Counted from the first letter of the stretch, positions 51,829-62,170 are shown. The stretch is DNA of 64,000 nt from Candidatus Krumholzibacteriia bacterium (GCA_041484665.1 JBGPIA010000002.1:32001-96000); one strand, 5' to 3'. Notes: generated by a model from the letters alone, not told the origin. A program made the numbers and translations.

Positions 51829-53198
51829 GAGAACGCCGCCGCATCCTGGTCATCGAGGACGAGAAGGCGACGCAGGACTTGTTGCGCAGCGAGCTCGAGA
51901 CGCGCTACGCCGTGGCGTGCGCCGGCAATGGGGAGGAGGGACTCGAGCTCCTGCAGCGAGACGGGGCCGACATCGTCTTGCTGGACCTCAGCCTGCCGGG
52001 GATGCACGGGTTGCAGGTGCTGCAGGAGATAGCGCGGCGGATGCCCCAGCCACCTGCCGTGGTGGTGATCACCGCCGACGAGCAGCTCTCCTCGGCCGTG
52101 GAGGCGGTGCGCGCCGGCGCCTACGATTACCTCACCAAGCCATTCCCCCTCGACCGGCTGTGCACGGCCATCGAGCGGGCCGACGAGCGCCTCCGCCTGC
52201 TGCGCGAAAACGTCTCGCTGCGGCAGACGCTCTCCGCCGCTCGGCAGTTCCGCGGACTGCTCGGCAACAGCCAACCCATGCAGAGCCTCAAACGCGATGT
52301 CGAGAAGATCGCGGACTCGCGCGGGACCGTGCTGCTCACCGGTGAGTCCGGAACGGGCAAGGAGCTGGTAGCGCGCGCCGTCCACGAGCTCTCCATGCGC
52401 CGCAACGGTCCGTACATCCGGATCAACTGCTCGGCGGTGCCCGAAGGGCTGCTGGAGAGCGAGCTGTTCGGGCACGAGAAGGGATCGTTCACCAGCGCCA
52501 TCGCCCGCCGCGAGGGCATGTTCGAGCTGGCCGACAGCGGCACGCTGCTGCTGGACGAGATCAGCGAGATCAACACCGGGATGCAGTCGCGGCTGTTGCG
52601 CGTGCTGCAGGAGCGGGAGTTCATGCGCGTGGGCGGCAAGGTCCCCATCAAGGTGGACGTGCGCGTAATTGCCACCACCAACAAGGAGCTCAAGGCCCTG
52701 GTGCGCGAGGGGAAGTTCAAGGACGACCTGTATTACCGCCTCAACGTCATCCCGTTGCACATCTGTCCGCTGCGCGAGCGGGTGGAGGACATCCCGGTCC
52801 TGGCACGCTTCTTCATCGAGCGCGCCTGCGCGGAGAACGGGCGGTCGCTCATGGCGCTCACGCCGGCGGCGATGAAGACGCTCTGCGCCCACTCGTGGCC
52901 GGGCAACGTGCGCGAGCTGGAGAACAGCCTGGAGCGCACGGTGATCCTCAACGACCGCGACGCGATCGACGTGAGCGATCTGCACCTGGACACCGACGCG
53001 CTCTTCCCACCGCCGTCGACGCGCCTGGACAAGGACGACCTGACGCTGCGCGAGCTGGAGAAGGAGCTGATCCTGCGTCGGCTGTCCATCACCGGTGGAA
53101 ACCGCACCCGGGCCGCGCAGCTCCTGGGGATCAGCGTGCGCACTCTGCGCAACAAGATCAATCTGTACCGCGGTGAGGGGATCCGCATCCCCGGCTGA
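51825..53198 (+). CDS. sigma54-dependent response regulator, FleR/FlgR/FlrC-like (EBP2)
   Basis: Intact receiver, GESGTGKE, GSFTSA, LLDEISE, WPGNVREL, LGISVRTLRNK HTH. Directly upstream of flgB. Confidence 0.93.
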   Translation: MRERRRILVIEDEKATQDLLRSELETRYAVACAGNGEEGLELLQRDGADIVLLDLSLPGMHGLQVLQEIARRMPQPPAVVVITADEQLSSAVEAVRAGAYDYLTKPFPLDRLCTAIERADERLRLLRENVSLRQTLSAARQFRGLLGNSQPMQSLKRDVEKIADSRGTVLLTGESGTGKELVARAVHELSMRRNGPYIRINCSAVPEGLLESELFGHEKGSFTSAIARREGMFELADSGTLLLDEISEINTGMQSRLLRVLQEREFMRVGGKVPIKVDVRVIATTNKELKALVREGKFKDDLYYRLNVIPLHICPLRERVEDIPVLARFFIERACAENGRSLMALTPAAMKTLCAHSWPGNVRELENSLERTVILNDRDAIDVSDLHLDTDALFPPPSTRLDKDDLTLRELEKELILRRLSITGGNRTRAAQLLGISVRTLRNKINLYRGEGIRIPG

Positions 53199-53249
53199 CA
53201 CACGGCGCGCCCGGCTCGCCGCGCGGCGCACGCGCGCATGGAGGAGATG

Positions 53250-53663
53250 ATGATCGCTGCGACGCTTTTCGACCAGCCCCACATGGAGCTGCTGAAGCGG
53301 GCTCTGTCGGCCTATTCGCTGCGCCACCGGGTGGTGGCCGACAACCTCAGCAACGTGGGGACGCCCGGCTACCAGGCGCAGGCCGTGGACTTCGAGACGG
53401 CGCTTGCCAACGCCGCGCCGCCGTTTCGCCTGCGTGGAACGGTGACCGCCCCAGGCCATCTGCCGTTGGGCGTGGCCGCGGAGCCGTCCGCGGCGCGCAC
53501 GCAGCCGGTGGGCGAGCCGTTCGACAACGGCGTCAACGACGTGAACGTCGATCGCGAGATGGGCGAGCTGGTGAAGAACGACCTGGCCTTCCGCATGGCC
53601 ACCCGCCTGCTCTCCCGGCGTTACCAGGGGCTGCGCATCGCCATCACCGGACGCACGCAGTGA
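53250..53663 (+). CDS. flgB: Basal-body rod protein FlgB
   Basis: RHRVVADNLSNVGTPGY, DNGVNDVNVDREM. Confidence 0.95.
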   Translation: MIAATLFDQPHMELLKRALSAYSLRHRVVADNLSNVGTPGYQAQAVDFETALANAAPPFRLRGTVTAPGHLPLGVAAEPSAARTQPVGEPFDNGVNDVNVDREMGELVKNDLAFRMATRLLSRRYQGLRIAITGRTQ

Positions 53664-53706
53664 CGGGACGCGCGGACCGCCGCGCACCCCGTAGGAGGTC
53701 TTGACC

Positions 53707-54213
53707 ATGACCATGCGCTTGTTCGGCGCCATCGACCTGAGCGCGAGCGGCCTGCGCGGCCAGCGCGCCAAGCTGGAGGTGGTGGCCGAGAACATCGCCA
53801 ATGCCCAGACCACGCGCACGCCGGAAGGGGGCCCCTACCGGCGCAAGCAGACGGTGTTCACCGCCGCGGCGCCCGAGCAGGCGGAGACGACCCTGCTGCC
53901 CTACGGCGGGAACGACTTCTTCCGCCTGCTGCTCACCAACGAGCGGCACATGGATCGCGGCCGCGAGGCCAGCCAGATCGAGCTGCCGCGCGGCTCGGAG
54001 GTGGGCGTGGAGGAGGCGCCGGACGCGACCCGCTTCAAGCTGGTCTACGACCCCGGGCATCCCGACGCGGACGAGGAGGGCTACGTGCTCATGCCCAACG
54101 TGAACATGGTGTCGGAGATGGTGGACATGATCGCGGCCTCGCGCGCCTACGAGGCGAACGTGAGCGCGATCGAGAGCGCCAAGGACATGTTCCTGCAGGC
54201 GCTGGAGATCTAG
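53707..54213 (+). CDS. flgC: Basal-body rod protein FlgC
   Basis: SASGL..ENIANAQTT, YDPGHPDADEEGYVLMPNVN, ASRAYEAN. Confidence 0.97.
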   Translation: MTMRLFGAIDLSASGLRGQRAKLEVVAENIANAQTTRTPEGGPYRRKQTVFTAAAPEQAETTLLPYGGNDFFRLLLTNERHMDRGREASQIELPRGSEVGVEEAPDATRFKLVYDPGHPDADEEGYVLMPNVNMVSEMVDMIAASRAYEANVSAIESAKDMFLQALEI

Positions 54214-54223
54214 GGAGGCCGTC

Positions 54224-54544
54224 GTGAGCGCCGTCAAGGGTATCATCGGCGCGGCCCCGGAGCTCGTCGCCAAGGCCTACGAGGCCGCGGCGGGCGTGGG
54301 CCCGCAGGTCGAGGCCAGAGCCGCCGGCGGCTTCGGCCAGACGCTGGCGCGGCTGGTCGGCGACGTCGACCGGCTGCAGGACCATTCCGGCGAGGTGACG
54401 CGCCGCCTGGTGGCCGGCGAGCCCACCGACGCCCACGAAGTGATGGTCGCCACCGAGGAGGCCGGCCTGGCCTTCAGCCTGATGGTGGAAGTGCGCAACA
54501 AGCTCCTCGAGGCGTACCAGGAGCTCATGAGGATGCAGGTCTGA
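54224..54544 (+). CDS. fliE: Hook-basal body protein FliE
   Basis: HEVMVA..EVRNKLLEAYQELMRMQV. Confidence 0.95.
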   Translation: MSAVKGIIGAAPELVAKAYEAAAGVGPQVEARAAGGFGQTLARLVGDVDRLQDHSGEVTRRLVAGEPTDAHEVMVATEEAGLAFSLMVEVRNKLLEAYQELMRMQV

Positions 54545-54594
54545 CGTCGCGGGCGCGAGCCGGCCGCGGCGCGTGAGGCAGAGAGAAAGCGGGC

Positions 54595-56073
54595 ATGGAT
54601 TCCCTGCAAGCGGTTCTGGAGCGGCTGCGCCGCGTCTGGGCGAGCTTCTCATTCAACCAGAAGGCGATCCTGGTGATCGTCTTGGGCGCGGCCTTGGTCA
54701 GCTCGCTGGTGTTCGTGCGCTGGCTGCGCCAGGACGACATGGTCGTGCTCTCCAGCGACCTGTCCGCCGAGGACGCCGCCGAGATCCTCGACCAGGTCTC
54801 CAAGGCGGGCGTGCGTGCCGAGCTGGGCAACGCCGGCCACACGATCCTGGTGCCGGCCAGCGAGGTAGACCGGTTGCGGGTGGGGATCGCCAGCCAGGGG
54901 CTCCCTCGCCAGGGGCGCATCGGCTGGGAGATCTTCAACAAGGGCAACTACGGGATGACGGAGTTCCAGGAGAACGTCACCCTGCGCCGGGCCCTGGAGG
55001 GCGAGCTGGCGCGCACCATCGAGAGCATCCAGGGCGTCAAGAGCGCCCGCGTCCACATCACGCTGCCGCAGCAGAGCCTGTTCTTGCGCGACGAGCGCGC
55101 GGCCACGGCGGCCGTGTTGCTCACGCTGCGCGGGCGGGGGCGCCCGGGGCGGGAGCAGATCGAGGGGATCCAGCACCTGGTGGCCAACGCGGTGGAGGGG
55201 CTGCAGCCGGGCAAGGTGACGGTGGTGGACAACTCGGGGGCCGTGATGAGCAGCGACGACAGCGACGACGCGGCCGGGCTTTCCAGCAAGCAGCTCCGCG
55301 TGCGCAAGGAGGTCGAGGACTACCTCGGCGGCAAGGCGGCCGACATGCTGGCTGCGGTGTTGGGCCCGGGGCACTCCATGGTGCGCGTCAACGCCGAGCT
55401 GGATTTCGACCGCATCGAGCGCACGACCGAGCAGTACGACCCCCAGACCGTCGTGCGCAGCGAGGAGCGGACCGACGAGTCCAACCCGGGCGCCGGCGGA
55501 ACGACCGAGCGATCGCTGACCAACTACGAGGTGAGCCGCACCGTCCAGAAGGTCCTCAACACCGGTGGCGGCGTCCACAAACTCGACGTAGCGGTCTTCG
55601 TCGACGGCAAGCACGCGCCAGCCGCCGATGCCAAGGGCGGCCAGCCCGCCAGCTACACCCCCCGCACCAGCGAGGAGCTGGACCAGATCCAGCGCATCGT
55701 CGCCAAGTCGGTGGGAGTCGACCCCACGCGCGGGGACCTGATCGAGGTCGTGAACATGCAGTTCGACGTGCCGCAAGCGCCCAAGACCACGCTGCTGGAG
55801 AACCCGATGCTGCAGACCGCACCGTCGTTGATCGGTCGCCTGGCTCTGTTCGCCGTGGCGGCCGTGCTGATCCTGGGGCTGCGCCGCAGCCTGGGCAAGA
55901 TGGTGCGCGAGGTGTCGCGCCCACTGCCCGACGTGGGTCCGGTGCGCGGCGCCGCGCTGGCCAGGGCCAAGGCCGAGGCGCGCACGCCGGTGGCCGACAT
56001 GGAGGACTGGGCCCGCGGTGACCCCGAAGAGGTCGCCAACCTGATCAAGGCCTTCGCCAGCTCCGAGGAGTAG
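54595..56073 (+). CDS. fliF: MS-ring protein FliF
   Basis: Two TM segments, GMTEFQE..RALEGELARTI, ARVHITLP, LVANAVEGL, NYEVSRT. Confidence 0.96.
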   Translation: MDSLQAVLERLRRVWASFSFNQKAILVIVLGAALVSSLVFVRWLRQDDMVVLSSDLSAEDAAEILDQVSKAGVRAELGNAGHTILVPASEVDRLRVGIASQGLPRQGRIGWEIFNKGNYGMTEFQENVTLRRALEGELARTIESIQGVKSARVHITLPQQSLFLRDERAATAAVLLTLRGRGRPGREQIEGIQHLVANAVEGLQPGKVTVVDNSGAVMSSDDSDDAAGLSSKQLRVRKEVEDYLGGKAADMLAAVLGPGHSMVRVNAELDFDRIERTTEQYDPQTVVRSEERTDESNPGAGGTTERSLTNYEVSRTVQKVLNTGGGVHKLDVAVFVDGKHAPAADAKGGQPASYTPRTSEELDQIQRIVAKSVGVDPTRGDLIEVVNMQFDVPQAPKTTLLENPMLQTAPSLIGRLALFAVAAVLILGLRRSLGKMVREVSRPLPDVGPVRGAALARAKAEARTPVADMEDWARGDPEEVANLIKAFASSEE

Positions 56074-56077
56074 ACGC

Positions 56078-57079
56078 GTGACGCCGATGACCTCGACGCG
56101 TAAGACGGCCATCGTGCTGATCTCGATGGGCTCGCGCATCGCCGGGGAGATCCTCAAGCGCATGCCCGAGGCGCTGGTGGAGCAGATCACCGCCGAGATC
56201 GCCAGCATCAAGCAGGTCACGCCCGAGGAGCGCCGGCTGGTCTTCAAGGAGCTGCGGGAGTTCCAGGCCAAGATCTCCGCCTTCGACAAGGGCGGCACCG
56301 ACTTCGCCCGCGAGATGCTCGAGCAGGCGGTGGGCACCCACCGCGCCAGCACGCTGATCAGCCGCGCCACGGGCTTCGGCGACACCGCAAGCTTCGAGAT
56401 GCTCAAGAAGGCCGATCCGCTGACGGTGGCCAACTTCCTCAAGGCCGAGGCCGCCCAGACCGTCGCCCTGGTGCTGGCCCACGTGGACCCGCGGTGGGCG
56501 GGGCCGATCCTCGCCCGCCTGCCCAGCACCATGCAGGCCGAGGTGGCCTTCCGCATGGCGTCCCTCGGCCAGCCCAACCCGGAGTTCGTGCGCGAGGTGG
56601 AGCTCGCCCTGGCCAAGGGGGTCAAGGGCGAGTACGAGGCCACCGTGAAGCAGTACGGCGGCACCAAGCAGGTGGCCGACCTGTTCAACCAGATCGACCA
56701 GGAGGTCTGGGGCGAGATCCTCGAGGATATGAAGCGGCTGGACAACGACACCGCCGCGCAGGTGAAGAACCTCATGTTCGTGTTCGAGGACATCGTGACG
56801 CTCGATGACAAGTTCGTGCAGGAGATGCTCAAGGAGGTCGACAGCCGCGAGCTGGGGCTCGCGCTGAAGGCCGCCAGCGACATCGTGAAGCAGAAGATCT
56901 TCAGCAACATGTCCAAGCGAGCCGCCGCGGGTATCAAGGAGGACATGGAATACACCGGTGCGGTGCGTCTGTCCGAGGTACAGGAGGCGCAGCAGCGCGT
57001 GGTCGACGTGCTGCGCCGCCTGGAGGAGGCCGGCACGGTGGTGCTCAGCGGCGGCAAGGGCGGCGATGTCCTCGTCTAG
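56078..57079 (+). CDS. fliG: Motor switch protein FliG
   Basis: KTAIVLISMG, GGTDFAREML, MFVFEDI, NMSKRAA, VRLSEVQEAQ. Confidence 0.96.
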   Translation: MTPMTSTRKTAIVLISMGSRIAGEILKRMPEALVEQITAEIASIKQVTPEERRLVFKELREFQAKISAFDKGGTDFAREMLEQAVGTHRASTLISRATGFGDTASFEMLKKADPLTVANFLKAEAAQTVALVLAHVDPRWAGPILARLPSTMQAEVAFRMASLGQPNPEFVREVELALAKGVKGEYEATVKQYGGTKQVADLFNQIDQEVWGEILEDMKRLDNDTAAQVKNLMFVFEDIVTLDDKFVQEMLKEVDSRELGLALKAASDIVKQKIFSNMSKRAAAGIKEDMEYTGAVRLSEVQEAQQRVVDVLRRLEEAGTVVLSGGKGGDVLV

Positions 57080-57764
57080 CGCGACCGCGGCAACGCCGGC
57101 GCACGGCTTCGCGCCCAACGCGGCACCACAGCCAGCGCCCGCCGCGCCCTTCGTCGAAGAATTCAGCCGGCACGCCTCCGCCCCCTTCCGGGAGCTGTTG
57201 GCCGAGACCGCGGCGATGGCCACCGGCAAGGCACTCCTCCCCAGCGCCGCCGCGCGCGAGGATGTACTGCTGGCCGAACTGGAGCGCATGCAGGGCGCTC
57301 TGGTGCGCGCACAGCACGAGAGTGCCGACCTGCGCGCTCAGTGGGAGGCCGAGCGGGACGGGATTCTGGCCTCCATCGTCCAGGAGCTCCGCACGAACTT
57401 CCAGACGCAGATGGAGGAGATCGCGGCGGCCGCACTGCGGCTGACGCTGGAGGCGGCCGAGCGGATCGTTCGCCGCGAGCTGGCGGTGGACCCCGAGGCG
57501 ATCGAGCGCCTGCTGCGCGACGTGCTCTGGCGGCTGGCCGACGCGCGGTCACTGCGCCTGCGGGTCAGCCCGCAGGACGCGCAGCTGCTGGAGTCGCGCG
57601 CGGCGCTGCTGGCGGAGCTGCACGTGGCCGAGGTGGTGCGCGATCGCCGCGTCACCTCTGGCGGCTGCTTGCTGGAGTCGGGCGACCGGGCCTGGGATGC
57701 CACCGTGGAGGGCCAGCTGGAGCAACTGCGTCTCGCGCTGGCGCGCCTGCTGGAGAAAGCGTGA
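57066..57764 (+). CDS. fliH: Flagellar assembly protein FliH
   Basis: AAERIVRREL, LRVSPQD, VTSGGCLLES...DATVEGQL. Confidence 0.88.
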   Translation: MSSSSATAATPAHGFAPNAAPQPAPAAPFVEEFSRHASAPFRELLAETAAMATGKALLPSAAAREDVLLAELERMQGALVRAQHESADLRAQWEAERDGILASIVQELRTNFQTQMEEIAAAALRLTLEAAERIVRRELAVDPEAIERLLRDVLWRLADARSLRLRVSPQDAQLLESRAALLAELHVAEVVRDRRVTSGGCLLESGDRAWDATVEGQLEQLRLALARLLEKA

Positions 57765-59089
57765 CCTCCGCGTTGCTGGACGCCGCGCGCTCGGCGGTGC
57801 GCAGCGCCGACCTCGTCCGCGGTCGCGGCCGCCTCACGCAGGTGGTGGGCCTGGTGCTCGAGGTCCGGGGGCTGTGCGCCTCCATCGGCGATCTCTGCTG
57901 GATCGAGGTGGGCCGCCAGCTGCCCGAGGTGCCCGCCGAGGTGGTGGGCTTCCGCGAGGACGCGCTGCTGCTGATGCCCTACGGCTCGCTGATCGGCATC
58001 GCCGCCGGGAGCCGCGTGCGCACCCATGGTGAGCGCTTGCGCGTGCCCGCCGGAGTGGAGCTGCTGGGGCGCGTCCTCAACGCCGTGGGCGAGCCCATCG
58101 ATGGAGGGCCACCGCTCTCCTGCCGCGAGACCACCAGTCATCTCGGCCGGGTGCCGCCGCCCTTGGCCCGCCAGCGCATCCGGGAGGTGCAGCCCACCGG
58201 CGTGCGCGCCATCGACGCGTTCGTGACCTGCGCGCGGGGCCAGCGCGTGGGGATCTTCGCCGGCAGCGGCGTGGGCAAGAGCGTGCTGCTGGGGATGATC
58301 AGCCGCCACAGCGCGGTGGACGTCAACGTCGTGGCCCTGATCGGCGAGCGAGGCCGCGAAGTGCGCGAGTTCATCGAGGAGGATCTGGGGCAGGATGGCC
58401 TGGCGCGCAGCGTGGTGGTGGTGGCCACCAGCGACGAGAGCGCGGTCCTGCGCGTGCGGGCCGCCCAGAGTGCCATGGCCATCGCCGAGTGGTTCCGCGA
58501 GCACGACCGCAACGTGATGTTCCTGATGGACTCCACCACCCGCTACGCCATGGCGCTGCGGGAGATCGGGCTGGCGGTGGGGGAGCCCCCCACGACCAAG
58601 GGCTACACGCCGTCCTCCTTCGCCGAGCTCCCGCGGCTGCTGGAGCGCGCCGGCACCAGCCGCGTCAACGCCATGACCGGCTTCTTCACCGTGCTGGTCG
58701 AGGGGGACGATCTCAACGATCCGGTGGGCGACGCGGTGCGTGCCATCGTCGACGGGCACATCGTCCTGGCGCGCGACCTGGCCCGGCGCGGGCACTACCC
58801 AGCCATCGACGTGCTGGGCAGCGTCAGCCGGCTCATGCCCCAGGTGACCACGCCCGAACACCGCGCGAGCTCCGCCCGCGTGCTCAACTGGCTGAAGCTG
58901 CTGGAGGACCACCAAGACCTGATCACGATCGGCGCCTACACGCGCGGCCACCACGCCGAGCTGGATATCGCCCTCGATCTGCGGCCGCGCCTGGACGCGT
59001 TCCTGCGGCAGGGGATCGGCGAGAAGGCCGATCTCAGCGCCACGCTGGCGCAGCTTGCCCAGCTGGCCACGCCGGGCGCCACCGGCTGA
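57761..59089 (+). CDS. fliI: Flagellar export ATPase FliI
   Basis: GIFAGSGVGKS, LIGERGREV, MDSTTRYAMA, GEPPTTKGY, DGHIVL. Confidence 0.97.
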   Translation: MTSALLDAARSAVRSADLVRGRGRLTQVVGLVLEVRGLCASIGDLCWIEVGRQLPEVPAEVVGFREDALLLMPYGSLIGIAAGSRVRTHGERLRVPAGVELLGRVLNAVGEPIDGGPPLSCRETTSHLGRVPPPLARQRIREVQPTGVRAIDAFVTCARGQRVGIFAGSGVGKSVLLGMISRHSAVDVNVVALIGERGREVREFIEEDLGQDGLARSVVVVATSDESAVLRVRAAQSAMAIAEWFREHDRNVMFLMDSTTRYAMALREIGLAVGEPPTTKGYTPSSFAELPRLLERAGTSRVNAMTGFFTVLVEGDDLNDPVGDAVRAIVDGHIVLARDLARRGHYPAIDVLGSVSRLMPQVTTPEHRASSARVLNWLKLLEDHQDLITIGAYTRGHHAELDIALDLRPRLDAFLRQGIGEKADLSATLAQLAQLATPGATG

Positions 59090-59130
59090 CCGCGAGCACG
59101 TGCCCCCGGCGCTCGCCCAAGAGGATTCGC

Positions 59131-59598
59131 GTGTTCCGGTTCCGCCTGCAGAAGCTCCTCGACTATCGCCTCGACCAGCTCGAGCAAGCACGGCTGGCCC
59201 TGGCCAAAGCCGAGCAGGCGCTGGCGCGCCGGTTCGAGGAACTGGACGAGGCCAGCCGGGAGCGGGCTCGCCTCGAGCTGACCTATCGCGAGCTCGCGGC
59301 CGAGGTGACGGTCCTGCAACTGCAGCGCGCTCTGGCGCAGACGCGCGCCGCGACCGCGGCGCAAGAGCGTGCCCGCCACGCGGTGCTCGCCGCCGAGCAG
59401 GTACGCGCGGCCGCGCACGAGCAGCTCACGCGCTGCCATCGGCAAGCCCGCATGCTCGAGAAGCTCCGCGAGCGCAGGCTCGCCGTCCATCAGGCCGCGA
59501 TTCGTGCTCAAGAACGCCGCGCGATGGACGATGTCGGAGGGCGTACGCGGGGAGCCCGCTCCCAGCCGGCGGCACTTCCTGCAGGTCGCCGCCGGTAA
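59131..59598 (+). CDS. fliJ: Flagellar export protein FliJ
   Basis: FRFRLQKLLDYR, LEKLRERR..QERRAMDD. Confidence 0.9.
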   Translation: MFRFRLQKLLDYRLDQLEQARLALAKAEQALARRFEELDEASRERARLELTYRELAAEVTVLQLQRALAQTRAATAAQERARHAVLAAEQVRAAAHEQLTRCHRQARMLEKLRERRLAVHQAAIRAQERRAMDDVGGRTRGARSQPAALPAGRRR

Positions 59599-59691
59599 CG
59601 CGTGCCTGCGGCCGCGCGCGGTCGGACCGGGCCGGCGCGTCAACTCCATCCTTCCCAACCACTTGCGCGAGGTCGAACTCGCGCTGACCCG

Positions 59692-59706
59692 TGGCATGTG
59701 CGTTGC
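59692..59706 (+). promoter_or_regulatory. sigma54 promoter of the motE-like/fliK/flgD/flgE operon
   Basis: TGGCAT-GTGCG-TTGC. Confidence 0.8.
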
Positions 59707-59738
59707 GCTGGGCCGCCCGGGCCCTGGGAGGCGCACGC

Positions 59739-60314
59739 ATGAAGACCATCCTGCTCGCCAGCACCGTCAGCTTCCTCCTGATCATGGGAGGCCTGACGCT
59801 GTACGCCCGTGGCAAGCGGGCCGTGCCGGTGGCTATGGACGCGACGTCGCCCGCGCAGGCACAGGGTCAGGGACCGTCCGCGACGCCGGTGGACGCTGCA
59901 GCTGCAGAGCTGGCATTCGCCGCCGTGGAGAACGAGCGCCAGCAGCTGCAGAAGGAGCGCGACCAGCTCGCCGCGCTGCGCGGCGAGCTGGCGCTGCGCG
60001 AGGCGACGCTGCAGACCCAGCGCGATCAGTTGCAGAAGCTGATCGCCACTCTGCAGCAGGCGCAAACCACCGCCACGACGGCGCAGGCCGCGAGCGCGAC
60101 GAAGCTGGCGAAGATGTTCGATGCGATGAAGGCCGACGGTGCCGCCCAGATCCTTGCGACCCTCGACCAAGACACCGCCTTGCAGATCCTCGTGCGCATG
60201 AAGGAGCGCGCCGCGGCGAAGGTGCTGGCGGCGCTGCCGTCGGCCACCGCCGCCGCGCTGAGCGAGCGCCTCACCGAGAAGGGCACCACGCTGGGCATGA
60301 AGGGGGAGGGATGA
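59739..60314 (+). CDS. MotE/YlxF/FlbB-like protein (TM, coiled coil, MgtE-N-like domain)
   Basis: N-terminal TM, coiled coil, KLAKMFDAMKADGAAQIL..MKERAAAKVLAAL. Lies between fliJ and fliK. Confidence 0.8.
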   Translation: MKTILLASTVSFLLIMGGLTLYARGKRAVPVAMDATSPAQAQGQGPSATPVDAAAAELAFAAVENERQQLQKERDQLAALRGELALREATLQTQRDQLQKLIATLQQAQTTATTAQAASATKLAKMFDAMKADGAAQILATLDQDTALQILVRMKERAAAKVLAALPSATAAALSERLTEKGTTLGMKGEG

Positions 60315-62170
60315 CCCTCCCGCTTGCGCTGCTGCTGCCCGCGGACGCGGCGGCGTCGGCCGCGCCCCCGTGGGGCGTTGCCGCGCCGGCCGCCGGCGCG
60401 CTGCTTCCAGTCTCCGGTGACGGCGCACTGCGGCCCGCGCTAACCGACGTCGGCAGTCAGCTGCTGGATCCCGGCGCCATCCTGCCGTTCTCCGCAGTGC
60501 TCGCGGGGTTGGGCTCGCGACCGGGCGGCGCATCGCCCGCCGCGGCCGGCGGGACACAGCCGCTGCCCAGCGCGGTCGGCGCTGGCGACGCTGCGCGTGA
60601 TGCTCGGCCCCGCTGTGGTGCGCTGGCCGCGAGCGCCGCCCAGGCGGCGGTGCTCATGCCCCTGCTGCAGCTGCTGCAGCCTGCCTGGGCACAGGGCGAT
60701 CCCGCGGCCTGCGCGCAGGGTGGCACGCAGCCAGAGCCCGGCGGTCCTTTGATACCGCGGGACTGCGCGCCGGCGATCGCGCCGTTCTCGCCGCCCTCCG
60801 CGACTGCCGCACCTTCGCTCCCGCCGCCCAGCGCCGAGCTTCCACTGCCACCGGCGAGTGCGGCGCCTTCGCTCGCGCTGCTGCCCACGACTGCCGCGCC
60901 TTGGATTCCGGCAGCCAGCGCCGAGCTCGTAGCGCCGCCCGCGCGTGTGCCGGAAGAGACGAACGCGCAGGCCGCGACGACGGCTGTGGGTGTGGCCCCC
61001 GCGCCCGCCGGGACGACCGCGCCCTGCCCGATGACGACGGCACCCCCACTGCCCGGCGCGCCTGGCGCGACGCCGGCGGCATCCCCGGCACCGGCCGCGG
61101 ACGTTGCGCGGGACGCATCGCCCGCGCACGCGGCTCCCGCTGGAGGCACCCCCCCGACCGCGGGCGCTCTGCTTGCGCCAGCGGCATCGCCCGGCGTGCT
61201 CGATCGCGACCCAACGGCCGGTCTGGGGATGGCGGAGCAGGACGCCGGCCACGCGCTCGACGCGGCGGCGCTGGCCCGGCCCGCATCGCCCGCGATCGCC
61301 GGCCCGCCGCTTCCGCTCGTAGCGCCGGGGCCGGGAACATCACAGCGCGAGACCCTGCCGGCCGCAACGCTGATGCTGCGCTCCGCGCTGCTGGGACAGA
61401 CGGCTCCTTTGGCCCCGGGGGTGGCGGCTGCGACTACGCTCCACGCGCCCCCAGCGGGGGAGGAGGTCGACGCGGATGCCGTCGCGTTGCCGGCACCGTC
61501 GGCTTGGATGGCCGCACCCGCGCGCGTCGCACCGGTGGTGGCGGCCGCGGGCAGCGCGCGAGCGCCGGCTCGCCAAGCGATCGCGCCGATCGACGCCGAC
61601 CTTGACGGTGATGCCGCCGCGGCCGCCGCCCTGCAGGGCGGGCCGAGGCTCGGCGCGCCGCCGTCCACGACCGCCGTCGGGGCCGCCCCGGGCGCCGCCG
61701 CCAACGCCACTTCCGACGCGCTCGTGCGTCAGCTCGCCGACGGGGTGGTGCTCGCGGGTCGCGATGCGCTGTTGCAGTCGGTGGGCGCGGCCGAGGCGCG
61801 CGTGGAGCTCGATCCGCCGCATCTGGGGCCGCTGCGCGTGCGGGTGACGCTGGATGCCGAGGGTGGGCTCCAGGTCGCGCTGCTGGCCCGCGACACGGTG
61901 GTACGCGATCGCCTGCGTGCGGAGGTGGATGAGCTCTCGTTGGCTCTCAGCGGTCGCGGGCTGCGGTTGACCACCGTGGCGGTGCACGCCATGGGGACGG
62001 GGGGGGCCCAGGGGCAGCTCGATCCCCGGATGACTCCGCGCGAGGAGCCCACAGGGAGCGGGTACGACGGCGGCCGCGGCCAGAAGCGCCAGGGCGATCG
62101 CGAGGGCGAGCAGCCTGCAGGAGGCCGCCGTCAGGACGGCAGCGGCCGCAACGTGGACACGCAAGCGTAG
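60311..62170 (+). CDS. fliK: Hook-length control protein FliK (619 aa)
   Basis: Long Pro/Ala-rich N-region and C-terminal ARVELDPPHLGPLRVRV domain, upstream of flgD. Confidence 0.85.
   Translation: MTLPLALLLPADAAASAAPPWGVAAPAAGALLPVSGDGALRPALTDVGSQLLDPGAILPFSAVLAGLGSRPGGASPAAAGGTQPLPSAVGAGDAARDARPRCGALAASAAQAAVLMPLLQLLQPAWAQGDPAACAQGGTQPEPGGPLIPRDCAPAIAPFSPPSATAAPSLPPPSAELPLPPASAAPSLALLPTTAAPWIPAASAELVAPPARVPEETNAQAATTAVGVAPAPAGTTAPCPMTTAPPLPGAPGATPAASPAPAADVARDASPAHAAPAGGTPPTAGALLAPAASPGVLDRDPTAGLGMAEQDAGHALDAAALARPASPAIAGPPLPLVAPGPGTSQRETLPAATLMLRSALLGQTAPLAPGVAAATTLHAPPAGEEVDADAVALPAPSAWMAAPARVAPVVAAAGSARAPARQAIAPIDADLDGDAAAAAALQGGPRLGAPPSTTAVGAAPGAAANATSDALVRQLADGVVLAGRDALLQSVGAAEARVELDPPHLGPLRVRVTLDAEGGLQVALLARDTVVRDRLRAEVDELSLALSGRGLRLTTVAVHAMGTGGAQGQLDPRMTPREEPTGSGYDGGRGQKRQGDREGEQPAGGRRQDGSGRNVDTQA

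Noticed and set aside
59369..60310. 933-aa FliK as given by the ORF track
   Set aside because: The upstream part overlaps fliJ, a sigma54 promoter and the motE-like gene. The GGGAGG RBS and ATGA overlap place the start at 60311.
60780..60940. Short imperfect repeats in fliK (e.g. CCAGCGCCGAGCT, CCTTCGCTC) as a repeat array or CRISPR
   Set aside because: Coding low-complexity Pro/Ala/Ser repeats of the FliK ruler. No constant repeat-spacer period and no cas genes.
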